This document shows positions 1-8,703 of a stretch of 33,363 nt of DNA, one piece after another. Each line of letters starts with the position of its first letter. Positions within the stretch are counted from its first letter, which is position 1. The notes beneath the pieces are model-generated. The model made no database searches, was not told the origin of the DNA, and saw only the letters and a list, made by a program, of their open reading frames with translations. Both the position numbers and the translations under genes were made by a program. Source of the stretch: an uncultured Campylobacterales bacterium (lineage in GTDB: Bacteria; Campylobacterota_A; Desulfurellia; JAADFJ01); the NCBI GenBank assembly GCA_964487285.1, contig CAZAPZ010000003.1, positions 1 to 33,363 of the forward strand. The letters are read 5' to 3'.

Positions 1-233
1 TGCTTTTACTTAGATAATGAGCTATAGAGAAAAGGAGGCTTTATCAACAGGCTCTTAAGACGCGACCCCGGTAGCTTGCTCCTTCAAATATCTTGTTCAT
101 TATTATGTTTCCTCCTCTGAAATATGTATGGAAATTTCCTTGGATGATATATTAACATAAAATCACTGCCAACTCAATTCGGTAAAAAGCCTTTTATTGG
201 ATTGATATAGAAATTTGAACACTCCCTTTAAAT

Positions 234-1193
234 TCAATGTGAGAGCCGTGTCGCAAATTCAACATACCTTTCTCCAAGTTCTTTTTTATGACTAAGAACA
301 TCTATAAATGGTGTAATAACAATTTTCTTGTTCATAAGTCCCATCATTACGCCGCTTACACCATCCATAAGCGTTTGCACGGCATTACTTCCCAATCTAA
401 AACCAAGTATTCTATCAAAAACAGATGGCGAACCCCCTCTCTGCAGATGTCCCAAGACTGTTATGCGTGTATCAAGTTTTGCTATAGTCTTTAATGCATT
501 AGACATATCGGATGTAGCACCGGTACCTTCGGATACTATAATAATACTGTATGCCCTTCCGTTGGCATGCTCTGATTTAAGCCGTTTAGCAACGCTTTCA
601 ATATCATACTCAATTTCAGGTATCAAAAGAGCTTCCGAACCGGTTGCCATAGCTCCTACGAGTGCCAAATAGCCGGATTCTCTTCCCATTGTTTCAATCA
701 CAAAAGCTCTGTTATGAGAGGATGCCGTATCCTTGATAATATCAATACAGTGGGTTATCATATTTAATGATGTATCAACCCCCAATGAAATATCCGATCC
801 GTACAAATCGTTATCTATCGAGGCTGGAATTCCTACCACCGGAACACCCAATTTAGATAATGCGAGAGCTCCACACATAGACCCATCGCCTCCGAGAATA
901 ATGAGACCGTCTATATGTTCATTATGAAGATTTTCTACAGCTTTCTTTTGAATAGACAGCTCTTTAAACTCCGGATATCTGGATGTTTTTAAAATAGTTC
1001 CACCTCTTCTTGCAATTCCCGATATAGTTTTGAAATACATCTCAATAGCATTATTATCAGCTATTCCACGAAAGCCCCTTAAAAGACCGGTAACCGATAT
1101 ATTATTTCTTTCCGCCTCCTCAACTATTGATTTTAAAGCCGGATTCATTCCGGCTGAATCACCACCACTTGTTATAACAGCTATACGTTTCAT
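234..1193 (-). CDS. pfkA: ATP-dependent 6-phosphofructokinase
   Basis: ORF 234..1211 carries the PFK motifs MKRIAVITSGGDSAGMN, ILGGDGS, PASIDND and ETMGRESG. I moved the start to ATG 1191-1193 (MKRIAV...), which has AGGAG 5 nt upstream. The longer ATG at 1211 would overlap the ribF stop. Confidence 0.9.
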   Translation of the reverse strand: MKRIAVITSGGDSAGMNPALKSIVEEAERNNISVTGLLRGFRGIADNNAIEMYFKTISGIARRGGTILKTSRYPEFKELSIQKKAVENLHNEHIDGLIILGGDGSMCGALALSKLGVPVVGIPASIDNDLYGSDISLGVDTSLNMITHCIDIIKDTASSHNRAFVIETMGRESGYLALVGAMATGSEALLIPEIEYDIESVAKRLKSEHANGRAYSIIIVSEGTGATSDMSNALKTIAKLDTRITVLGHLQRGGSPSVFDRILGFRLGSNAVQTLMDGVSGVMMGLMNKKIVITPFIDVLSHKKELGERYVEFATRLSH

Positions 1194-1201
1194 TGCCGCT
1201 C

Positions 1202-2125
1202 CTATCTGCATTGTTCTATATCTCTTTTAATCTGCTTCACAAGGCTTACCGCATTATCGAATTTTATCTCGTTTCTTACAAAATGCGTGAATAAAAGAGT
1301 TACTAATTTTCCGGTAAGATTTCCGTTAAAACCGATGATATGAGCTTCTACATGCCTTATACTGCCAAATGTGGGGTTGCTGCCTACATTGATTGCCGCT
1401 TTATATATCTTGTTTTCTAACTCTATATTGCCGCAATATACCCCATCGGATATAAGTCCTGTTTTTGGATATAGATTTATAGTTGGAATTCCAATTTTAG
1501 AACCCCTGCCTGCACCTTTTTTGACTCTTGATGCAATCGAATAATCTCTCCCCATCATTGCAGATGCCATATCAAGACTGCCATTTATAAGCTGCTTCCT
1601 GATTTTAGAACTACTGACTTTTTCTCCATTAATCAAAACGGGCGGAACTATTATAACTTTAAATCCATATCTTTTCCCAAGCTCATTTAGCTTCAAAGCA
1701 TTACCTTCTGCATTTTTACCAAATGTATAATTGTAGCCAACCACAGCACAGCCTATCTGCATATTTTCCAAAAGGTAATCTTTTACAAAGGCGGCATAAT
1801 TTAGATCTCTTATATGCTCATTAAATCTGTTGACTATTGCAATTTCAATACCATATCGGCTAAACAGCTTCATCTGACTTCTGAAGTTTGAAATAATAAA
1901 AGGCAATGTAGGCTTGAGGAGAAACCGCGGATGAGGCCAAAATGTAAAAACGGCAGCCGTCAACGACATGTTTTCAGCAGTTTCGACTGCAGTTTTTATA
2001 ACATTCTGGTGACCAATATGCACGCCGTCAAAACTGCCTAAAGCCAAAACCACTTTTCTCTTTTTTAAAATGGGACTACGAAAGTCTCTTACTATAATAG
2101 GAAATTGCTTCTCAGTCATTTTCAA
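1202..2125 (-). CDS. ribF: bifunctional riboflavin kinase / FMN adenylyltransferase
   Basis: The N-terminal nucleotidyltransferase motif is LGSFDGVHIGHQ. The C-terminal riboflavin kinase region has GRGSKIGIPTINL and VEAHIIGF. The track start at 2123-2125 is TTG. ATG at 2117-2119 (MTEKQ...) is an equally plausible start, and neither has a clear SD. Confidence 0.88.
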   Translation of the reverse strand: MKMTEKQFPIIVRDFRSPILKKRKVVLALGSFDGVHIGHQNVIKTAVETAENMSLTAAVFTFWPHPRFLLKPTLPFIISNFRSQMKLFSRYGIEIAIVNRFNEHIRDLNYAAFVKDYLLENMQIGCAVVGYNYTFGKNAEGNALKLNELGKRYGFKVIIVPPVLINGEKVSSSKIRKQLINGSLDMASAMMGRDYSIASRVKKGAGRGSKIGIPTINLYPKTGLISDGVYCGNIELENKIYKAAINVGSNPTFGSIRHVEAHIIGFNGNLTGKLVTLLFTHFVRNEIKFDNAVSLVKQIKRDIEQCR

Positions 2126-2203
2126 TCTGAAAATTAGCTATTGCAGATAATAATATCATTGCCTATTTTGAAAAAAGCTTATGGAATTCAAAATCAACTC
2201 TCA

Positions 2204-3058
2204 CTAATTGAGGCATTCTATAGATAGATCTCCGCCAAACCATAAGTTTAATCTTTCTATAATGTCATCAACAATAAAATCAGGTGTAGATGCGCCTGTT
2301 ACAAGACCTGCTATGGAATTCTTTCCAAACCATTCAGCTTTTAGTTCGTCAACAGTCTCAATGTGGCAGCACCTATCACAATAATCGCTGCATACCATCT
2401 TTAATCGTTTTGTATTTGCACTATTCTTACCGCCTACAATGATCATTACGTCAACTATTTTGGCAAGTCGTGCTGCTTCCTCTTGTCTCTTCTCGGTAGC
2501 TCCGCAAATTGAATTATAGACATCCACTTCCGATGCTTTGTCTAAAAGCAACAATATGACTTTCTGAAATAACCGTTTTGATTGTGTTGTTTGAGAAACA
2601 ACGGCAACTTTTTCAAAATTAGGAAGTTTATCTATCTGGTCTATTGATTCAACAACTATTACATTTTTGGCGTATGACATTACCGCTTTGACTTCGGGGT
2701 GAGATTTATCACCAAAAATTATAATTGGAACATTTTCCTTAGCTTTTGCCTTAACAAAATTTTGAGCATTTTTAACAAAAGGACAAGTCGCATCAACATA
2801 ATTAACACCGTTTGCTTCTAAACTTTCATAGATTTCAGGTCCCACTCCATGCGAGCGGATAACGAGCTTGCAATTATCTTTGATCACTTCATCCGCAATA
2901 TCCACGCCTTTTGCAATAAGTTTTTCTATCATTTGAGGATTATGAATCAGCGGTCCGAATGTCTTAACTTTGTGAGTTGTCGAAAGTTTATCAACTATTC
3001 CTACCGCCCTTTTTACGCCGTAACAAAATCCAATTTCTTCCGATAACAATAGTTTCAT
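2204..3058 (-). CDS. ispH: 4-hydroxy-3-methylbut-2-enyl diphosphate reductase (LytB/IspH)
   Basis: The three cluster cysteines sit in the typical contexts FCYGVKRAV, DATCPFV and NSICGAT. GGKNSANTKRL is also present. ATG start at 3056-3058. Confidence 0.9.
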   Translation of the reverse strand: MKLLLSEEIGFCYGVKRAVGIVDKLSTTHKVKTFGPLIHNPQMIEKLIAKGVDIADEVIKDNCKLVIRSHGVGPEIYESLEANGVNYVDATCPFVKNAQNFVKAKAKENVPIIIFGDKSHPEVKAVMSYAKNVIVVESIDQIDKLPNFEKVAVVSQTTQSKRLFQKVILLLLDKASEVDVYNSICGATEKRQEEAARLAKIVDVMIIVGGKNSANTKRLKMVCSDYCDRCCHIETVDELKAEWFGKNSIAGLVTGASTPDFIVDDIIERLNLWFGGDLSIECLN

Positions 3059-3064
3059 AAGCCG

Positions 3065-4504
3065 TCAAATCTTACAATCGGCATTTGGGATAGTTTTCCT
3101 GATAATCGAACTTATCATTTTCATCACAGATTTATAAGAAGCAGTAGTATCAATATATACTGCGTCATTGGCAGAAAGAAGTGGATCGGCAGCTCTTGAA
3201 GCATCTCCCGTATCTCTTTTCTCCATCTGCTCTTTTGTAGAACAGCAATCATCTTTCTTTCTCCTTTTTGCACGAATATCAATAGGAGCGTCAAGAAATA
3301 ACTTAAGGAGTGCATTTGGAAAAACTTTAGTTCCAATGTCTCTGCCTTCCACAATCGCTGAATTGTTTCCAACCATGTGATATATCAAGCTATTTACCTC
3401 ATCTCTTACCTTAGCATCTTTTGCAATATCACTTGCCTTCATGCCCACTTTCTCACTTCGTATTGAGCCATCTATATTCTTGCCACTGTAGAATAAATTC
3501 CATTTTTCATTCTGTTTTTTAAACTCAAGCTTCTTCATATCTAAATCTTTTATATATGCTTTAGCCCTATACAAGGCTCCGCTATCAATATATATAAATT
3601 TGAGCTTATCAGCAATTTCTCTGCTTACACTACTTTTGCCTGCACCCGATGGTCCATCTACTGCAATAATAATTCGTCTATTTTTTTTTTGCAATAGTTT
3701 CGCAGTCTGCGCTCTTGATAAAAAGTCCATAATGCCGGCTTGATTTTCTATACAGGTTCTAAGTTTACACAGACTTTTCTCATATTTATATATTGCGGAT
3801 AAGACATATTTTTTATTATATACAAAAATATCCCTCCACATTTTTGGGGAACTAAAAGCTATTCTCGTAAAATCAGCCATGCCTCCGCCCATAAATTCAG
3901 ACATTTTATCATCTTCAATTGTTGATTCGACAAGACTGTATGCAGCGACATGCGGAAGATGACTCATCATAGCAAAAATTTTGTCATGACGGTCTGCACT
4001 CATGAAAATCGGATCTGCACCCAAATCTTTCCAAAATCCTGCTATCTTTTCTACATCAGAATTTCTATCGTCTGTCGTAATAACAACCGTTTTATTCTTA
4101 AACAAACCGCTCAAAGCTGCATTGGGACCGTTTTTCTCGGTTCCTGCAATGGGATGACACGGCACAAAAGAAGCCTCGCTCTTGATTTTAGCAACTTCAT
4201 CAACGATATATTTTTTCACACTTCCCGTATCAATAACAATCGATCTTTTAGACAGGGAAGGAACAATTTTCTTGTATATTTCTGGTATATCGCCAACAGG
4301 AGCAGAAATAATTATCAGATCAAAATCGGATAAATTTTCAATCGGCATCGCAAAATCTATAAGACCAATCGACTCGGCAATCTTGAGATTATTTTCAAAA
4401 ATGTCATACCCCGCAACTTTTTTTGCTAACCGCAGATCTTTTATATCAGAAGCAATAGATCCTCCGATTAAGCCAAGACCGATAATAAAAACTTTTTTAA
4501 ACAC
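3065..4504 (-). CDS. tyrA/cmk: fusion protein: prephenate/arogenate dehydrogenase (N-terminal) + cytidylate kinase (C-terminal)
   Basis: A single 479-codon ORF starts at GTG 4502-4504. The N-terminal part has the Rossmann motif IIGLGLIGGS and the HPIAGTE motif. The C-terminal part has the P-loop AVDGPSGAGKS, then DSGALYR, EGRDIGT and DIRAKRR. There is no in-frame start codon between the two domains. Confidence 0.8.
   Translation of the reverse strand: MFKKVFIIGLGLIGGSIASDIKDLRLAKKVAGYDIFENNLKIAESIGLIDFAMPIENLSDFDLIIISAPVGDIPEIYKKIVPSLSKRSIVIDTGSVKKYIVDEVAKIKSEASFVPCHPIAGTEKNGPNAALSGLFKNKTVVITTDDRNSDVEKIAGFWKDLGADPIFMSADRHDKIFAMMSHLPHVAAYSLVESTIEDDKMSEFMGGGMADFTRIAFSSPKMWRDIFVYNKKYVLSAIYKYEKSLCKLRTCIENQAGIMDFLSRAQTAKLLQKKNRRIIIAVDGPSGAGKSSVSREIADKLKFIYIDSGALYRAKAYIKDLDMKKLEFKKQNEKWNLFYSGKNIDGSIRSEKVGMKASDIAKDAKVRDEVNSLIYHMVGNNSAIVEGRDIGTKVFPNALLKLFLDAPIDIRAKRRKKDDCCSTKEQMEKRDTGDASRAADPLLSANDAVYIDTTASYKSVMKMISSIIRKTIPNADCKI
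3681..3690. repeat. T10 (A10 on the coding strand) homopolymer at the TyrA/Cmk domain seam
   Basis: Read directly: ...cgtcta tttttttttt gcaatag. On the coding strand this is TTG CAA AAA AAA AAT AGA, giving L Q K K N R. Confidence 0.95.
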
Positions 4505-4507
4505 CGC

Positions 4508-5524
4508 CTATACTGTTCTATCGACTGCTTTTGCAATAATATTAACAGAATTCATCATTTTTCCAAAATCATTAGGCAGTAATGCCTGGGCTCCATCCGA
4601 AAGTGCTTCTGCCGGATTTGTATGAACTTCAACCATTATTCCATCAGCTCCGGATGCAATAGCAGCCAGTGCCATGGGTGCTACAAGATATTTTCTGCCG
4701 GTTGCATGTGAGGGATCAACAATTATAGGCAGATGGGAAAGCTCCTTTATTGCAGGAACAATGGCAAGATCAAGCGTGTTTCTCGTGTATTGCTCAAATG
4801 TTCTTATGCCTCGCTCGCACAAAATAACAGATTCATTTCCTTCGCTCATTATATATTCTGCCGCCAATAAAAACTCCTGCAGTGTTGACGACATACCTCG
4901 TTTTAACATTACAGGTAGTTTGGATTTCCCAACCTCTTTAAGCAGTGTAAAATTTGCCATATTACGAGCACCTATTTGAAAGATATCCGTATATTTTCCT
5001 ATAAGTTCCAAATATCTCGCATCCATAACTTCAGTTATTACCGACATATTGTTTTCATCAGCCGCTTGTCTGAGGATTTTCAAACCTTCTTCGCCAAGCC
5101 CTTGAAATGAATACGGACTAGTGCGAGGTTTAAATGCACCGCCTCTTAAAATGGCGGCTCCACGAGACGAAACCGCTTTGGCAATCTCCATAACCGTGTC
5201 TCTGTTTTCAACTGAACATGGACCAGCCATAATAACTATATTTTTACCGCCAATCTTAGTTCCTTTGACATCAATAATAGTTTTCTCAGGATGAAACGCT
5301 CTGCTGACAAGCTTATAAGGCTTATTAACCTGCATAACATTTTCGACACCATCAAATGCAAGAAATGCCCGCTCCTGAAGAGTTTCGCCTTTTCCTATTA
5401 TTCCTATTACCGTCTTGTTATCTCCTGTCGAAAGATGCGTTTCAAATCCCCATCTTTTGATTCTTCTGAGTAAAGCTTCTATCTGTTCCTTGGTTGCCGT
5501 TTTTTTCATTACAATAATCATCAT
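4508..5524 (-). CDS. aroF: 3-deoxy-7-phosphoheptulonate (DAHP) synthase, type I-beta with N-terminal ferredoxin-like regulatory domain
   Basis: 338 aa, near-collinear by eye with the Thermotoga-type enzyme: KPYKLVSR, AGPCSVE, LRGGAFKPRTSPYSFQGLG, IGARN, LKRG, ILCERGIRTF, VDPSH. Its ATG 5522-5524 overlaps the hisC stop as ATGA. Confidence 0.9.
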   Translation of the reverse strand: MMIIVMKKTATKEQIEALLRRIKRWGFETHLSTGDNKTVIGIIGKGETLQERAFLAFDGVENVMQVNKPYKLVSRAFHPEKTIIDVKGTKIGGKNIVIMAGPCSVENRDTVMEIAKAVSSRGAAILRGGAFKPRTSPYSFQGLGEEGLKILRQAADENNMSVITEVMDARYLELIGKYTDIFQIGARNMANFTLLKEVGKSKLPVMLKRGMSSTLQEFLLAAEYIMSEGNESVILCERGIRTFEQYTRNTLDLAIVPAIKELSHLPIIVDPSHATGRKYLVAPMALAAIASGADGIMVEVHTNPAEALSDGAQALLPNDFGKMMNSVNIIAKAVDRTV

Positions 5525-6615
5525 CTATGCTCCATCAGTTCTCTTAAATTTGTTATAAACTTTTTATTCTCATCTGAGTTGCCAACGGTAACACGTATAA
5601 AGTTTTCAAGCCCGTATCCTTTCATGTCTCTCACTATAACACCTTTTTTTAACAGCATTTCAGCAATATCCGGCTTTTTTAGATCTACGAGTATAAAATT
5701 TGCATAACTTTCAACATATTTTAGATTAAGCATATCAAACTCTGATTTTAAATAATCCATTCCGTCTTTTACCATTTTTCTCGTTTGCTTCAAGAACTTA
5801 CGATCATCTAACGCCGCCATAGCGGCAATTTGAGCTACTATATTAACGTTAAAAGGTTGTCTAACATTGTTTATCGCCTGTATAACCTCTTTACTGCCAA
5901 TGGCATATCCTATTCTCAATCCGGCCAGTCCATACGCTTTTGAAAAGGTCCTTAAAATAGCAAGATTATCATAATCCGAAAGCATATCTATAGTTTCATA
6001 AAATCCAGGCTTGCCTATTGCAAATTCATAATATGCTTCATCCACAACAACAAGTATGTCATTCGGGATTTTATTCATAAATTCGGTTAGTTCATCCCGC
6101 ATAATAATAGCACCGGTAGGATTATTAGGTGAATTAAGAAAAATTATTCTCGTTCTGTCGTTTACCGATTTTCTTACCGCATTAAGATCGGTTTTAAAAT
6201 TTTTCAAAGAAGCCATGTTAACTTTGACTTTATGGGTGTTTCCGATTAAAAGATATTCTGCAAATGATGGAAACGCCATTATAGTTTCATCGCCTTCTTC
6301 GCAAATAGCTGCATACAGCAATCCTATAATCTCATCGGATCCGTTTCCAAATATAATCCTGTCAGACGAAATAGAATATTTTTCCGCTATTTTTTCTTTA
6401 AGATCATAGCATAATCCATCAGGATAACGAAAAACTTCGTTTATGTTTGCCTGAATTGCCGCAGTTGCAAGCGGCGATGGACCTAAACTATTTTCATTTG
6501 AGGCAAGCTTAACAATATCGTTCTCATTGATACCAATCTCACGCGCAACATATTGTATCGGTTTACCGGGTGCATATGTAGTTAAATCCCTTACCCATTT
6601 TCTAATTTTTATCAT
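5521..6615 (-). CDS. hisC: histidinol-phosphate / aromatic aminotransferase (class II PLP aminotransferase)
   Basis: Carries NSPNNPTG and the PLP-lysine motif TFSKAYGLAGLRIGY. ATG 6613-6615 overlaps the pheA stop as ATGA. Confidence 0.85.
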   Translation of the reverse strand: MIKIRKWVRDLTTYAPGKPIQYVAREIGINENDIVKLASNENSLGPSPLATAAIQANINEVFRYPDGLCYDLKEKIAEKYSISSDRIIFGNGSDEIIGLLYAAICEEGDETIMAFPSFAEYLLIGNTHKVKVNMASLKNFKTDLNAVRKSVNDRTRIIFLNSPNNPTGAIIMRDELTEFMNKIPNDILVVVDEAYYEFAIGKPGFYETIDMLSDYDNLAILRTFSKAYGLAGLRIGYAIGSKEVIQAINNVRQPFNVNIVAQIAAMAALDDRKFLKQTRKMVKDGMDYLKSEFDMLNLKYVESYANFILVDLKKPDIAEMLLKKGVIVRDMKGYGLENFIRVTVGNSDENKKFITNLRELMEHR

Positions 6616-7688
6616 AACTTTACTCCGTTATTTGAGATTCCAGCCGGATAAGATCCTAAAAATGCAAAAATTGTTGACTGCATTTTAAGTTCTCCTATCG
6701 CCCTTTTAATATTTTCATCGTTTATATGTCCATAGCAATCTATATAAAAGATATAGCTCCACGGATCTTCTTTATTGGGTCTTGAAATAATCCGAGTTAA
6801 GTCGATACCCCATCTCGAAAAAATAGATAATGCATCATAGAGTACTCCTACTCTATTTTTAGTTGCAAAAAGTATAGATGTTTTATCCGATCCCGATGGT
6901 TTAGCGTCAAAATTACCTATAACGAGAAATCTGGTTGTATTATCCGATCTATCTTCAATATTTGGAGCAAGAAGATTAAGATGATAGATGTCTGCTGCCG
7001 TTATTGATGCTATTGCTGCTGATTTGAGTTCACCGGATGCAAGTTTGGCAGCCTTGGCAGTGCTTGCAACATCTACCGTTTCTACATTCAGATTGTTTTT
7101 TATCCATTTTTTGCACTGTGCTAATGCGTACGGATGTGAATAAATTTTTTTAATATCCGCAAGTGATTTCTCTCTGCTCAAAAGATGATGGTGTACCTTA
7201 AGTACAATTTCTGAAACTATTTTTGATTTGGTTTTAAGAAAAATATCCAAGGTATCGTTAATGATACCTTCGCTGGAGTTCTCAATGGGAACAACTCCAA
7301 TATCAGATCTGCCCGACTGAACCGACGAAAATACCTGCTCAATATCGTTTTGCGGATAATATTTTGCAGAAAGTCCAAAGCGTGAAATCGCCGCTTCCTG
7401 GCTAAACGTAGCTTCAGGACCAAAATATGATACTTTAAGCGATCCTTCAAGCAGAATAGACGCCGATATTATCTCCCTATAAATAAACTTTAAGCTTTCG
7501 GTAGGAAAAGAGCTATCTGAAAATCGGGATATTCTATCAAAAACGGCTTTTTCCCGTTCGGGAGCAAAAATAGGAATTCGCTCTTTTCTCTTAACATCGC
7601 TTATTTTTTTAACAATCTTTGCCCGTTTATCCAAGAGTTTAACAATGTCTTTATCAATATCGTTTATTTTGTTTCTTATCTCTTCCAT
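6612..7688 (-). CDS. pheA: bifunctional chorismate mutase / prephenate dehydratase (P-protein)
   Basis: The N-terminal CM helix region is EEIRNKINDIDKDIVKLLDKRAKI. The PDT domain has YFGPEATFS and TTRFLVIG, followed by a C-terminal ACT region. The track start (7710-7712) is TTG. I prefer ATG 7686-7688, which has AAGGAAGG about 5 nt upstream. Confidence 0.85.
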   Translation of the reverse strand: MEEIRNKINDIDKDIVKLLDKRAKIVKKISDVKRKERIPIFAPEREKAVFDRISRFSDSSFPTESLKFIYREIISASILLEGSLKVSYFGPEATFSQEAAISRFGLSAKYYPQNDIEQVFSSVQSGRSDIGVVPIENSSEGIINDTLDIFLKTKSKIVSEIVLKVHHHLLSREKSLADIKKIYSHPYALAQCKKWIKNNLNVETVDVASTAKAAKLASGELKSAAIASITAADIYHLNLLAPNIEDRSDNTTRFLVIGNFDAKPSGSDKTSILFATKNRVGVLYDALSIFSRWGIDLTRIISRPNKEDPWSYIFYIDCYGHINDENIKRAIGELKMQSTIFAFLGSYPAGISNNGVKL

Positions 7689-7755
7689 AGTAACCTTCCT
7701 TATGTTGTTCAAAGGTTCTTCGCTTCTCTCTTTTTTTTATATTCAAAATTCAACA

Positions 7756-8703
7756 TTACAGAAGTTCGCTCCCCATTTTTCTTAACTTACCGTATCTTTG
7801 TTTAACTATCTTTTTAATATCTTTTGACTGCAATTCATTCAAGGTAACCTCAATAAAATTACCAATGCGTCTTGCCATTTCATCTTTATCTCTATGCGCT
7901 CCGCCCATAGGTTCCGGAATAATTTTATCAATAATTCCTAACTGCAAAAGATCGGCAGGTGTTATCTTCATAGCTTTTGCTGCCTGATCGGCATGGTCGG
8001 GCGATTTCCAAAGAATAGACGAGCATCCTTCGGGAGATATAACGCCATATATTGAGTATGAAAGCATAGCAACATAATCGGCCACCGCAAGTGAAAGTGC
8101 CCCGCCGGAACCGCCCTCTCCCGTAATAATAGATATTACCGGAGTTCTAACGGATGATAATTTATATAAATTTACCGCAATGGCTTCAGCCTGCCCTCTC
8201 TCTTCCGCACCAGAACCGGGGTACGCTCCCGGAGTATCAATAAAGTTTACAATAGGCAGATGAAATTTCTCTGCAATTCCCATTATTCTTTGAGTTTTTC
8301 TATATCCTTCGGGATTGGCCATACCAAAATTACATTTTAAATTCTCTTTAGTGGATATCCCTTTCTGATGGCCGATAACTGCAATTTCCTTTCCTCTAAA
8401 CTTCCCTATGCCGGCTATGATAGCCATATCTTCTCTGAAAAGACGATCGCCCGATAGTTTAACAAAATTTGTTATCAACTTATCTATATAGAAATCGGTA
8501 TGAGGCCTATCCGGATGTCTGGCAATCTGTATTTTTTCTTTCAAGGAAAGATTGTTCATAAGATCGCCAAACAGCTTATTACGTTTATCTTTCACAAGTT
8601 TTACCTCTCCTTCAATATCAAAACGACCTTCCAATGATTCGAGCTCTTCAATCTTCTCATCAAGATCGGCTATTTCTTGTTCAAATGGAAATATATGAGC
8701 CAT
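7756..8703 (-). CDS. accA: acetyl-CoA carboxylase carboxyltransferase subunit alpha
   Basis: Carries ARHPDRP, FIDTPGAYPG, AEERGQAEAIA and GEGGSGGAL. ATG is at 8701-8703. The gene overlaps the cimA 3-prime end by 23 nt. Confidence 0.9.
   Translation of the reverse strand: MAHIFPFEQEIADLDEKIEELESLEGRFDIEGEVKLVKDKRNKLFGDLMNNLSLKEKIQIARHPDRPHTDFYIDKLITNFVKLSGDRLFREDMAIIAGIGKFRGKEIAVIGHQKGISTKENLKCNFGMANPEGYRKTQRIMGIAEKFHLPIVNFIDTPGAYPGSGAEERGQAEAIAVNLYKLSSVRTPVISIITGEGGSGGALSLAVADYVAMLSYSIYGVISPEGCSSILWKSPDHADQAAKAMKITPADLLQLGIIDKIIPEPMGGAHRDKDEMARRIGNFIEVTLNELQSKDIKKIVKQRYGKLRKMGSELL

Noticed and set aside
130-139. The perfect 10-bp palindrome GGAAATTTCC upstream of the small ORF, considered as an operator.
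   Set aside because: Perfect 10-bp palindromes are expected roughly once per kb by chance. There is a single copy and no flanking symmetry.
4182-4625. Long antisense ORFs opposite confident genes. Examples are 4182-4625 (147 aa), 3950-4333, 12982-13359, 19494-19859, 6056-6409, 16367-16714, 328-672 and 22097-22408.
   Set aside because: Each lies entirely antisense to a gene with clear family motifs. None has an SD or recognisable motifs, and their I/F/L/S-rich composition is what complementing K/N/E-rich AT-biased codons produces. I treat them as frame shadows.
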